A DNA stretch of 64,000 bases from Naegleria gruberi. Taxonomy: Eukaryota. The stretch lies in NCBI GenBank assembly GCA_000004985.1, contig GG738869.1; one strand, written 5' to 3'. Position 1 is the stretch's first letter. Each line of letters starts with the position of its first letter. The notes beneath the pieces are model-generated. The model had not been told where the DNA came from. It ran no database searches and worked only from the letters and a program-made list of their open reading frames with translations. A program made the position numbers and the translations under genes. This document shows positions 54,678-64,000 of this stretch, one piece after another.

Positions 54678-56476
54678 TTATTGAACTTGTTTGTAAACCT
54701 CAAAATTACCCTCTGTAGTTGCTGAAACAATGTATGAACTGGTAAGTGCTACATCGTTCACTCTACTTTTATGATCTAAATGCTCACTCGAATTGTTATT
54801 AATATTGAAAATGAAAAGTCCGTTACTACTGTTTTCAATAAATGAGTTAACATTAGAGGGAACACAAATACTATTATTTGAGAATGGTTTGAAATATGCC
54901 TTGGTAAGATTATCAGAACTGCAACAAAGTTTAGGGTGAGAAAGCGTAGTTAATTCCTTATTAGTTCTGCAATCAAATACTTTCAAAGTATTATCCCTAG
55001 AATTGGTAACAATATAATTTCTATCAAATGATACATCCACAGAAGTTATAGATTCATAGTGAGTTGTTTCTATTTCATCAACATGTTGTTGTATTCTTGT
55101 ATCTGTAAATCTCAACTTTTTATCAAAGTGAGCTGATATAATTACAGAATCTGTAATCTTATCCATTGAATTACATGAACTTCCAGTTAGAACTGTTTTA
55201 GTACATTTCAATTCATTCAAATCCCAAAATTTCATAGTCTTATCATGACTTCCGCTAAGGGCAATATTATTATCTACAAATATACTACTATTTACATGAC
55301 TAGTATGACCTTTCAGAGATGAAAAATGAAAGTTTTTAGAGGAATCATAAATCCTAATAATTCCATCTTTAGAAGTTGCCATTATTTTAGATCCATCATC
55401 TGAAAAGCACACTGAAGTGATTGACCCTAATGAAGCTTTCATAGTATAAATATTTGTGAAGCTCAAATCTTCATTAAACTTCCATAATTGTACAGTATTT
55501 TTCTCATCTCCTGATAATAATAAATTATAATTTGTATCAAATTGTACACAGTTTACAGAACAATCATGGGCTTTCTGTAATACAAATAAATAAAATTGAA
55601 AATTATTTCACTTACAAATCCATATTGATATTCATATTTTTCTCTTACAATTTCCTCGACTCTATTTACATTTGATATTTCCGATTTACCATTTACATAT
55701 TGATTTAACTGTTGTTCAAGTGAATAACTTCTTTGTTGTTCATGTTCCAGTTCATTACAAACATTCATCATTTGTGTCTTGTATTCATTATTTAATTTTT
55801 GGATATAATTTGACATGTGATAGAGTGATGCTTGTAATTGTTTGATTTGTTCATTAAGAATATAATCCTTAGATTTAATAGAATCCACTTCCTTTAAATA
55901 TGTTTTTTGATAATTATCCATGTTTTTAATTTCATCATCTCTTCTTCCAATTTCAATTAAAAACAAATCTGCTTCTCTTCTATGTATTTCCACTTGTTCT
56001 TTACATTGTTTGTTTTTCTCTTCTAATTCTTTATTCTCCTTTGTTAGACTTTCAATTTTTCTATTATAAAACAATAGTAAGAAATTATCATCAACATGAT
56101 CATTACTTACTTGTCTGCTGATCGGAGAGCAGAATTTAATTCCGTAATTTGATCCATTAATCTTGCTATATAATCAATATGATAATTTTCATGTTATTAT
56201 TATAATTTAAATATAATAATAATAAATAAATTTAAATCTAATTAAAAACAAACCCTTGTCTCGCATTACTTCTAAAAATTGTGATTGCAAAACGTCATTT
56301 CTCACATCGGAATTTTCATTAGTAGATACAGGTGGTCTTGGTGATCTGTTCCGTTCCTCTTGAATTTGTACCAAATATTGAAACATTGTATTATTCTTCT
56401 CCGTTTCATCACGTTTTATCAGCAGGTTTGAAAATTCATTTCTAAATTGGATATTGTTGCTGATATTTATTTGCAT
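54678..56476 (-). CDS. ATG16: Autophagy protein ATG16 (N-terminal Atg5-binding region, coiled coil, and C-terminal WD40). Four exons: 56254..56476, 56111..56165, 55616..56060 and 54678..55574.
   Basis: The WD region is nearly collinear with ATG16L1. SGSHDKTMKFWDLNELKCTKTVLTGSSCNSMDKITDSVIISAHFDKKLRFTDTRIQQHV matches [58 protein letters not shown]. The N-terminal part is coiled-coil. Introns are 88 nt (GTTTGT..TATAG), 50 nt (GTAAGT..AATAG) and 41 nt (GTAAGT..TTACAG). A 55-nt exon 2 is present. All phases are consistent, giving a 1620-nt CDS. Confidence 0.75.
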
Positions 56477-56515
56477 TTTTTACATAATGATTTTACCATT
56501 TGAAAATGGATCACA

Positions 56516-59500
56516 TTAAACATCTAAACTGAAAGACCACTGCAGTTTTGTTGTTGATCCATTAAAAGCAATCTCTTCTTCATTTCCTGATCTAAATAAT
56601 TCGAAAATTCTTTCGATAGTTGTACTTAATTTCATCACTTCTTGTTTGTTGTGGCAAAGTTTGATCTTTAACACATTGTCTGGTTGGATAGTCTCTAAAA
56701 TGTTGAAAGATAACTTTTCATTGATTGGAAATTGGCCAACTGTACAAGGCACTAAGCCAGATTTAGCTTTTTCATTATAAGTTCTTTCTTCTGATCCCTG
56801 TGAAAGAGAAACTTTGAAATTTACACAACCATCTCCATACGGACAATTGGTTAATGAAATAAAGTTAACAATCAATATACTATATGAAGATATTGAAGTT
56901 GCTTGAGGTGGTATTACGGTTTTGTTCTTAGATGGTGATGGTAAGCCACCAATGGATAACCTTCTTATTCTTGCTTTCAAAATTTCATTTTCTTTTATCA
57001 ACTCACTAGCATTAGAATACGTATCAGATGTGTCTAAACTATGATTCAAGTCGGAATTTGCTGGAGAAATTGGACTTGTTGGTGGTGTAAAGTTTGGTAT
57101 GGCTTTTCTCTTTGGAGTTGTTGACCCACCAACTGATCCATTTTGAGAACTATTCATGGTTGAATTAGCAAAAGCTTCTTGCATCAAGCCACCATAACTG
57201 GAAAGACTCTTTCTTCTGAGAGAATTCCATTTTCCTTCTTCTTGCGTTATTTCTCCTACCAAATCAAACTGAATAAAGCCATCTTCCAAGTATTCAATTA
57301 AATCCTCGTTAACTGTTCTTACACAGTATCTTCTATGGAAATTGAACAAAAGGTTTGTTCCTGTTTGCTTGGAAGTATGAATTGGTTTCTCAGTATAAAA
57401 CTTGAAACGAACATAATTGTCCTTGGATTGTGAGTCCAATTCCTTAACAGCTTTAATCTTGAGCAGGAAATGAAGAGATTGGCCCATCAAATCATCCGGA
57501 GTTTCAACAGGTAATGGTGTTTGTTTCATGGTTTCATCACCTGGAACCAATGGAACGATTGCTGCTAGCAAGTGGCCCCTTACCTCACCATCAACATCAA
57601 GAAGAGGAAGCAACTCTTCTTTTGCTGTTCTTCTGGCTAAATGCTTCAGTTCCATTCTGGCTGTTCCTACTACTTCGACAGAACTGCCATAGAAAGGATC
57701 TTGAACTTCTTCAGTCATAGAAGTGTTAAGATCATTTTGGACTGGTTCTCTAATGATGAGAACTTTTTCTCTCATCTTTACAAGTCTAGTTTCAAACTCC
57801 TCAACCGACCACATTGTTGTCTTCTTCCTTTCCTTATCAACTGCTTGTATACCCAGAAGAGGTTCAGAATTTTTAACCAGAATTTTCAAGTCATATCTTA
57901 TATTCTTATTGAAATCCTTTACAATATCATTTGCTTCCTTAATCATTGGCAAAAGCCTAACCAAATTTTCATCGATTCTGTTTCTCGAAATATTACCAGG
58001 AGGAGGCTTTACGACCTTTTCTTCTTTGTGGACAAGCTTGTTGTGAAGACCTTTAAGAACACCCCTAACAGTGTCTCTAAAACTTCTTCGTTTCTTCTTC
58101 TTTTTTTCATCCATTTCCTCAAGCTTTTGTTTATGTTCCTCTAACTCTTTGACTTGTCTTTCAATAATTTCTTGCTGTTTGTACTTTTCTTTTTCATATT
58201 CTTTCTCTATCTCCAATAGTTTTGCCTTCATTGTTTCTTCAATTTCTTTTTCTTTTTCTTCTACAGCATATTCAATAGCTCTCTTTTGTTCTTGAGATAA
58301 CTCTTCTTGAGCAAAAGCCCAATCGATATTTTCATCCACTTGTGAGCTTGTTTCTGTAAATCTGAAAACGTGATTATTACCTAAAATTATTCTGTCATTA
58401 CACTTCAGTTCTGTGTCCTTGGTTATCAATTTACCGTTTACATAAACAGTAGCAGAATTGATTGGAATGATTATTATATTCTCGGGAGTTCTGGAAACTA
58501 TACAATGTTGTGGTTTGATTTGAAGACCATTCAGAACAATATTATTAGACTTATCACGACCTAAGAATGTATCACCAATTTTAAAGAAATACACAAGCAT
58601 ACCACTCATCATTGGATCTTCATTCAAGTTGACCAAACTTGGGGCGTCAGTTGATTGAACAATATCTCCAATATCTGTGAACACAATACCAGCTTCTTCA
58701 AGAACTTTTCTTCTTGCCTTTTCAATTTCGTGTGTTCTTCGTTCCTTTTCTTTCTGAGTTGTTTGCAGCTGTTCTATAATTTGTTGACTTGAGGCAAGCT
58801 GTTCTTTCAGTTTAATTTTTTCATCGTCATCGACAACCTTATTTGAAGGTGTAAGAAGACATTTAAGTCTTGAAATTTCATCTCTCAGCTCTCGAATTAC
58901 TGTTGCATTTGGATCTTCGTTGATTTTTGCCTTATTTTTGATACTTTTTGCTCTGTTGGCATATCTGAGGGTGGAAAGAGTTTCTTGGTAATTATAATCG
59001 CTAGGTGAAAGTGTTGCAATCATTATCTTTTGGAAATTAGCTTGTCAACTTTTGTTGAATTACATACCGTTTTGCTATTTCCTCCCAAACTTTCTTTAAG
59101 TAACCAAGTTCTGTAACTCTATTAGTAAAGAGAATTCAACCTTCATACTTACAAAACACTGTTTCTGTAAGGAACAAAAACTTTCTTATTTGGATTTTCT
59201 GCTTTCTCTGACAATTTGTTGATTACATTACCTAGGGCTGTGAGAGAAACGTTAATAGATGATCCTTCCTTTAGTCTTTCGCCTGTTGCTCCTGTTTTAT
59301 CTGCTCTTTCAGAACCAGCTAAATCTATCAAGTTAATGATTGAAACTTTTTCAGAAAAGGCAGAAGTTCCATTGTCAACAATAGATTCAGTAGAAGAAGC
59401 GAGAATAATTTGGAAAATAGTGTGAGCTCTTGATGATGTATCATTCATATTTGTTTTGGCAATAGTTCTTAACCTATTACCTTCATCCATTAACCTCAAA

Positions 59501-60252
59501 ATGTCGTCCTCATTATGTACAATACAAGATTCCATTCCCTCAATATAAGGACCTGTTTGAGGATTTTCTCTAATCTTCAAACCAGCCTTATTATTCAAAG
59601 GATTTGTTGGGTTGAAAAGGTCTCTAACTTGTTCATTATAGATTTCAATCATTGAGGTTTCAACTCTATAATTTCTTGTAATTCCATCATTCTTATTTCC
59701 ATCTTCTCTAATTCTATGAAAGATCGCTTTACAAATTCTAGGAATCAACCCCATATGTTCTCCTTCTCCAACTCCCATCATTGTATACTATATAGTAAAA
59801 ATACAAATACTATTAAAATCCAAACAATCCTCAAATAGACACATACCGTTTTACCACTATCAACAGTTTGAATTCCTATTGTCAATCTAAAACTTACCTT
59901 CCTGTTTGACCATAAGCAAAAAGTGAAGTATTATATCCTTGGAAAGCATTTTCAATGATCCTCACACCAATCTCATCAAACACTTTTTCTTGTGGGGTGT
60001 GTCCCTCACTCTTTTCATCATGACTCCAAAATGAATAATCAAAGCTAAATGGTCTATCTTGTCCATGAGTATCTGGGTCTCTTATTATTGTTTGAGGACC
60101 CTCCATATTAATAATACATTGTGTTCCTCCTTTAATACGTTTTTCTCTTTCATTGAAAGGACGAACACGAACAGCAACCTTAGGAGATGATATTGTTATC
60201 CATCATTGTTCATACTTCTTCTAATACATACCAGCACCGAATCAGACGACAT
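56516..60252 (-). CDS. Kinesin-3 family motor (KIF1/Unc-104-like) with an FHA domain. Six exons: ~60231..60252, 59898..60178, 59847..59856 (a 10-nt micro-exon), 59153..59787, 59068..59110 and 56516..59026.
   Basis: MSSDSVL|[27 protein letters not shown]...SFDYSFW...FAYGQTG|S|GKT|[18 protein letters not shown]...SSRAHTIF...[10 protein letters not shown]...LGNVI...PYRNSVL|[14 protein letters not shown]|[30 protein letters not shown] domain: [36 protein letters not shown] long coiled-coil tail follows. Introns are 52, 41, 59, 42 and 41 nt, all with GTAAGT or GTATGT donors. Phases are consistent, giving a 3501-nt CDS. Confidence 0.8.
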
Positions 60253-60534
60253 TTTTTCGTTAGGAAATATAAGTTTGGCGCAAAGATAAGATTCTGGGAT
60301 TGTTGTACAACAGTCACCTAAAGCTTAGAATCAACCAACATCATCGTAATTCATGAAAGAAACTTACAACACAAAGTTGATGGTGATTGAAAGGGCCTTG
60401 GTCATTGAAATAAAAGCGATAAGGCATAACGTTCAAAAACATTGTTTTACCTCTGAGATAAAATAATTGAACAAGAAATCATAAAAACACCCGCCAAAAA
60501 TTTACGCATTTAACCTCTAAAATTAAAAAAAAAG

Positions 60535-63389
60535 ATGGACTCTCTGCCTTTCGATCATTTTCCACCAGAGTTGCTCAATGACTACAACAAGGAATTGAGT
60601 GCAAAAGTTCATGAATTGCAACAATCACTCAATGAAAAACAAAAGAAGGTTAAATCGGAGGAGGATAGAACTTCAACATTAAAGGAGCACTTTAAGAATG
60701 CAACTGTTGAAGCACAAAATACTCAAGCATTGTTAGAAGCTAAGAATAGCGAAACGGAAACAGAGTTGCATCTTAAACAAGTTGCTGAAAGAGAACTGGG
60801 AAGACTCCAAATAGAAATACAAAAAATTGATAAGCAAGTAAATGATATTCAGGATCAGGTAAGTATTCAAGAAATTTAATTTCAAAATTAATTAATTAAT
60901 TAAAAAGACCAACTTGGTTCAAAATGAAATTTTCAGAACTAATGAAAAAATTGATGAGCTTAAAACAAATATGGGTTTTGATCAAGAAGAATTGGAACAA
61001 TGGACATTAGCCGAAAAACAAAAAGAGGAAGATCAAGAAATTATCGAACAATATTCCAAACAAGATGAAAAGAAAATTAAGGATATTAATTTGGATAGTG
61101 AGAAGTGGACTAAACTTACTGAACTCAAAAAAACAGAATATGAAAAGGAAATTACTGAAACACAATCTGTTCAAATTGAGTTAGAAAAAACTGCAGAAGA
61201 TTACAAGGCCCTCCATAAGGAAAGACAAGACCTCATCCAACAATGGGAAGATACAATTGAAGCTATGAATAAGAGGGATGAAATGATTCAAAAGGCTGGA
61301 GAAGCATTGACAAATGGTAAAGACGATATTCAAAGAAGACAAGAGGACTTGTATGAGCATACAAAGAGATTTGAAGATAGAGTCCAAGATAACAAAAAAT
61401 TGGAACAACAAATAGATAAATCTGGAAGAGTTTTGGAAGGACTACGTGACCAAAATGAAAAGCTCAAAAAGCATATCAAGTAAGTATATTAAGAAATGCA
61501 TTCTAACGTTCGTTTAGAGATTTGGAAGATGAACTTGAAGTTATTAGAAACACTCTAGCTAAGAGCTCGAGTGATTTGAACAACAAGAGAATTGAAAAGA
61601 AATATTTACAAGACCAAATTAAAAAGAAGGAAGAAAAACTTGAAGCTTTGACAACACAATTGAAGGAAACAACCACAAGATTGGAAGAAAGTAAAGTTTA
61701 CATGGGAGATCTGGAGTCTAGATCCAAATACGTTTCAGATGTCCTAGTTTCAGAGGAAACCAAGCTTAAAAACATGGACAAAAGATTGGAAGAACTAAAG
61801 ACTCAACTTTATCACCAATCCCAGGCTTTGTTCAAGGAACGACAAAAGGAGGCAAACATGATTGCAGAAATAGGAGGAACAAACTCTCAAAATAAGAACA
61901 TGGTATCAAAAATTTCACAACTTGAAAGTGTGGTTCTTAAACAACAAGAGTTGCTCTATAACATTGAATTCCAAGTTCAACAAATGGAAAGAAGAGTTAA
62001 CAGAGCTCAAGGCGAAAGAACTGAGGAAGAGAAAATCAAGCTTAATCTTCAAATTGAAGAACTTCAAAAGACTTTGGATGAACATGAAGCCCAATTTGAT
62101 ATGATTAAGGGTGAATGGACTAAGGTAATTGGTGAAGTTAGAAAGATTAAAAAGGAAGTTGACATCAAAGAAGATGAAAAAGCTAAACTCACAGAAAAGG
62201 TTCATGATCTCACTTTAGAAAACAATTCACTTGAAGAAGAAATGAAGTTGTTGTCCAGAGAAAAGGAAGACTTACTTGTTCAACACGATATTCAAAAACT
62301 TCAAGTTAAGAGAATGAGAGACATGCTGAGAGCAAGAAGCGATGAAGTATCTGGTTTAGAAAACAGAAAATATCAATTGGAAATGCTCTATGTTGAAAAG
62401 GAACAAAAGGTTAAAGCTCACAAGGAAATGTTAGGAGCAGAATTAAAGGCTTACGAAGATGAAAGAAGAAAGCTTTCTCTTGAATTGAGTAATAGAAGAG
62501 TCCATATCGACAAGCTTAAGAATAAGTATAACATTATGATTCAGAGAATGAAACCAGACGAGGATGGTGAAGAAGTTTCTCAAGCACAATTCTTGATTAG
62601 AGCAATTCAAGAAAGAGAAGAACTTCAAAGAATTGGTGACAAGTTGGATGAAGAAATTCAAAAACTTGAGAGTCATGACAGAGGATTGGAACATACTCTC
62701 TCTTTATTCAAGAATCATAATATTAGGTAAGTTTGAATGATTTCTTTATCTTAATTTCATTTAGCCATAACGAGCATTATAAGAAGGTTGATTTGAACGA
62801 TCCAGACATTAGACAGAAAGTTGAACTTGAAAATAAGTGTAAGGACTTGGACACACTTACCAGTAGAAGAATTCAAGAGCAACACGATTACGAGGAAAGT
62901 GCAACAAGAAAACAAAAGGAATTTGAAGCTGTTATGATCGAGCAAAAAGAAATTCAGATAAAACTAGATGCTCTTAAGAACTCAAAGCAATTGTTAGAAA
63001 AGGATATCAACAAATTGTTGACCTCCCTTGCAACTCAAAAGACGTTATTTAAGAGTCAACTTAAGGAAATTAAGAAGACGCCAGATGGGGAAGTCTTTAC
63101 TCAAGATATTAATTGTACAGATGCCAAACTTAAAATCAAAAATAGCTTATTAACTTTAGGGCAAATAACTGAAGGAAATCCAGTGATGCGAAATACATTG
63201 GAAAAGTACTTGAAAGAAGAAGGGCTCTCAATGCCAATTATCAGTAGACCTGCATCTGGATTATCTGTTCTCTCTTCCAGAACCAGTGTAAAGAGCTCTG
63301 TAAGGAGTGTAAATAGTTCGACAAATAGAAGTACAACTTCTAGTACTAACAGAAAGGTAGCAAACACATCTATAATTTCTTTACAGTAA
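60535..63389 (+). CDS. CCDC39: Coiled-coil axonemal protein CCDC39 (96-nm ruler / dynein regulatory complex assembly). Four exons: 60535..60858, 60908..61479, 61518..62726 and 62765..63389.
   Basis: Collinear with human CCDC39. LKQVAERELGRLQIEIQKIDKQV matches IAQRELGRVKDEIQRLENEM. ELEKTAEDYKALHKERQDLIQQWEDTIEAMNKRDEMI matches [55 protein letters not shown] matches FHIQQVERRMSRLKGE. QAQFLIRAIQEREELQRIGDKLD matches [23 protein letters not shown]. Introns are 49, 38 and 38 nt with GTAAGT donors. Phases are consistent, giving 909 aa. Confidence 0.78.
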
Positions 63390-63440
63390 ATAATTATCCT
63401 ACACAGATTTAGAAATCAATTAAAATCTTCAATAAAAAAA

Positions 63441-64000
63441 ATGAACAGAATCTTGATCGCAACTTTTGCAATTTTGGCTCTCGTTATTAGTGCTCAAGCA
63501 TTTACTATTGGAGGAATTAAATTCAATGCTCCAAAGGATAACGAAGAAGTCTGTAAGTCCTTTGCCAATAGATATGAACCATTCGACTACTTCCTCCTCA
63601 GGTAGGTAAAATAATCATCATGATGAACTAATTCATTTACACAGTATTCAATGGCCAGGTACTGCTTGTGTCGGTAAGAAGCCAGGTGAATGCACTGTCC
63701 CAGATTTTGTCAATGATTTTACTCTCCATGGTAAGTATTTTCTATTTGATAATAGTAGAGAAATTTAAACTATTATTTAATGCATGCGATGAAAATTTAT
63801 GAATTTTTCAATCATCACGTCATCAATTATTATAACAATATATTATTATTATTATTATTAATAGGACTCTGGCCACAATACAACAATCCATCTACCTATC
63901 CAGAATGTTGTTGGAATATTGATTTTGATGCCAATGCCATTGCTCCAATTAGAGACCAAATGAACAAGTTGTGGCCATCTTTCTATCACTCCAATGAACA
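63441..64000 (+). CDS. Ribonuclease T2 family protein with a signal peptide. It is 3'-partial at the window edge. Exons: 63441..63601, 63645..63730 and 63865..>64000.
   Basis: The signal peptide is MNRILIATFAILALVISAQA. The CAS I active-site motif FTLHG|LWP spans intron 2 (GTAAGT...AATAG). Exon 2 reads SIQWPGTACVGKKPGECTVPDFVNDFTLH. The sequence continues ...QYNNPSTYPECCWNIDFD. An A-run precedes the ATG. Confidence 0.75.

Noticed and set aside
1-64000. Prokaryotic reading of the window as operons, a defence island, or a novel bacterial 'system', as the task framing invites.
   Set aside because: The sequence has dozens of canonical spliceosomal introns (GTAAGT...AG) that restore conserved protein motifs. 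It has eukaryote-specific genes (kinesin, ATG16, VPS33, CCDC39, RPS8/eS8, EMC8). It has Pol III tRNA genes with T-run terminators and A-rich Kozak contexts. There are no Shine-Dalgarno-spaced operons, CRISPR repeats or phage/integrase genes. The locus is eukaryotic nuclear DNA.

Overview
This window is compact eukaryotic nuclear DNA, not a prokaryotic locus. It is AT-rich (roughly two-thirds A+T by eye) and holds about 30 protein-coding genes on both strands plus two tRNA genes. Intergenic spacers are often only 30-60 bp. Spliceosomal introns are sparse but clearly present, with GTAAGT/GTATGT donors and pyrimidine-rich AG acceptors. Many introns are only 41-59 nt; others are 90-275 nt. There are no rRNA genes, CRISPR arrays, or obvious transposons.

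Recognisable genes include:
- a hybrid-cluster protein (Hcp) with a divergently transcribed diflavin reductase beside it, both with N-terminal presequence-like extensions
- a serine palmitoyltransferase LCB2-type subunit, COQ5, NDUFS6, RPS8 (whose first exon is 4 nt), EMC8/9, VPS33 and ATG16
- a kinesin-3 motor with an FHA domain and a 10-nt micro-exon inside the P-loop
- the axonemal ruler protein CCDC39 and a partial RNase T2
- a 6TM Kv-type K+ channel and an OSCA/CSC1-like channel
- a divergent G-alpha-like protein, F-box/LRR proteins and an RCC1-like protein
- a long protein made of DUF4116-like tandem repeats
- an NHL-repeat/EGF-like receptor kinase that runs off the 5' edge
- a roughly 2360-aa membrane-anchored subtilisin-like protease with EGF-like repeats
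- an N-terminally lipidatable pseudo-transglutaminase

The gene content combines a ciliary structural gene, complex I and ubiquinone-biosynthesis genes, and a laterally acquired-type anaerobic/nitrosative-stress enzyme (Hcp). This fits a free-living amoeboflagellate-type protist, possibly a heterolobosean such as Naegleria. That attribution is tentative.

No defence island or other prokaryote-type 'system' is present. The most system-like novelty is the divergent pair of Hcp and a diflavin reductase, both predicted to be organelle-targeted.

Splice sites were derived by hand and may be off by 1-2 nt. Wherever possible, whole-CDS coordinates were anchored to the supplied ORF track.
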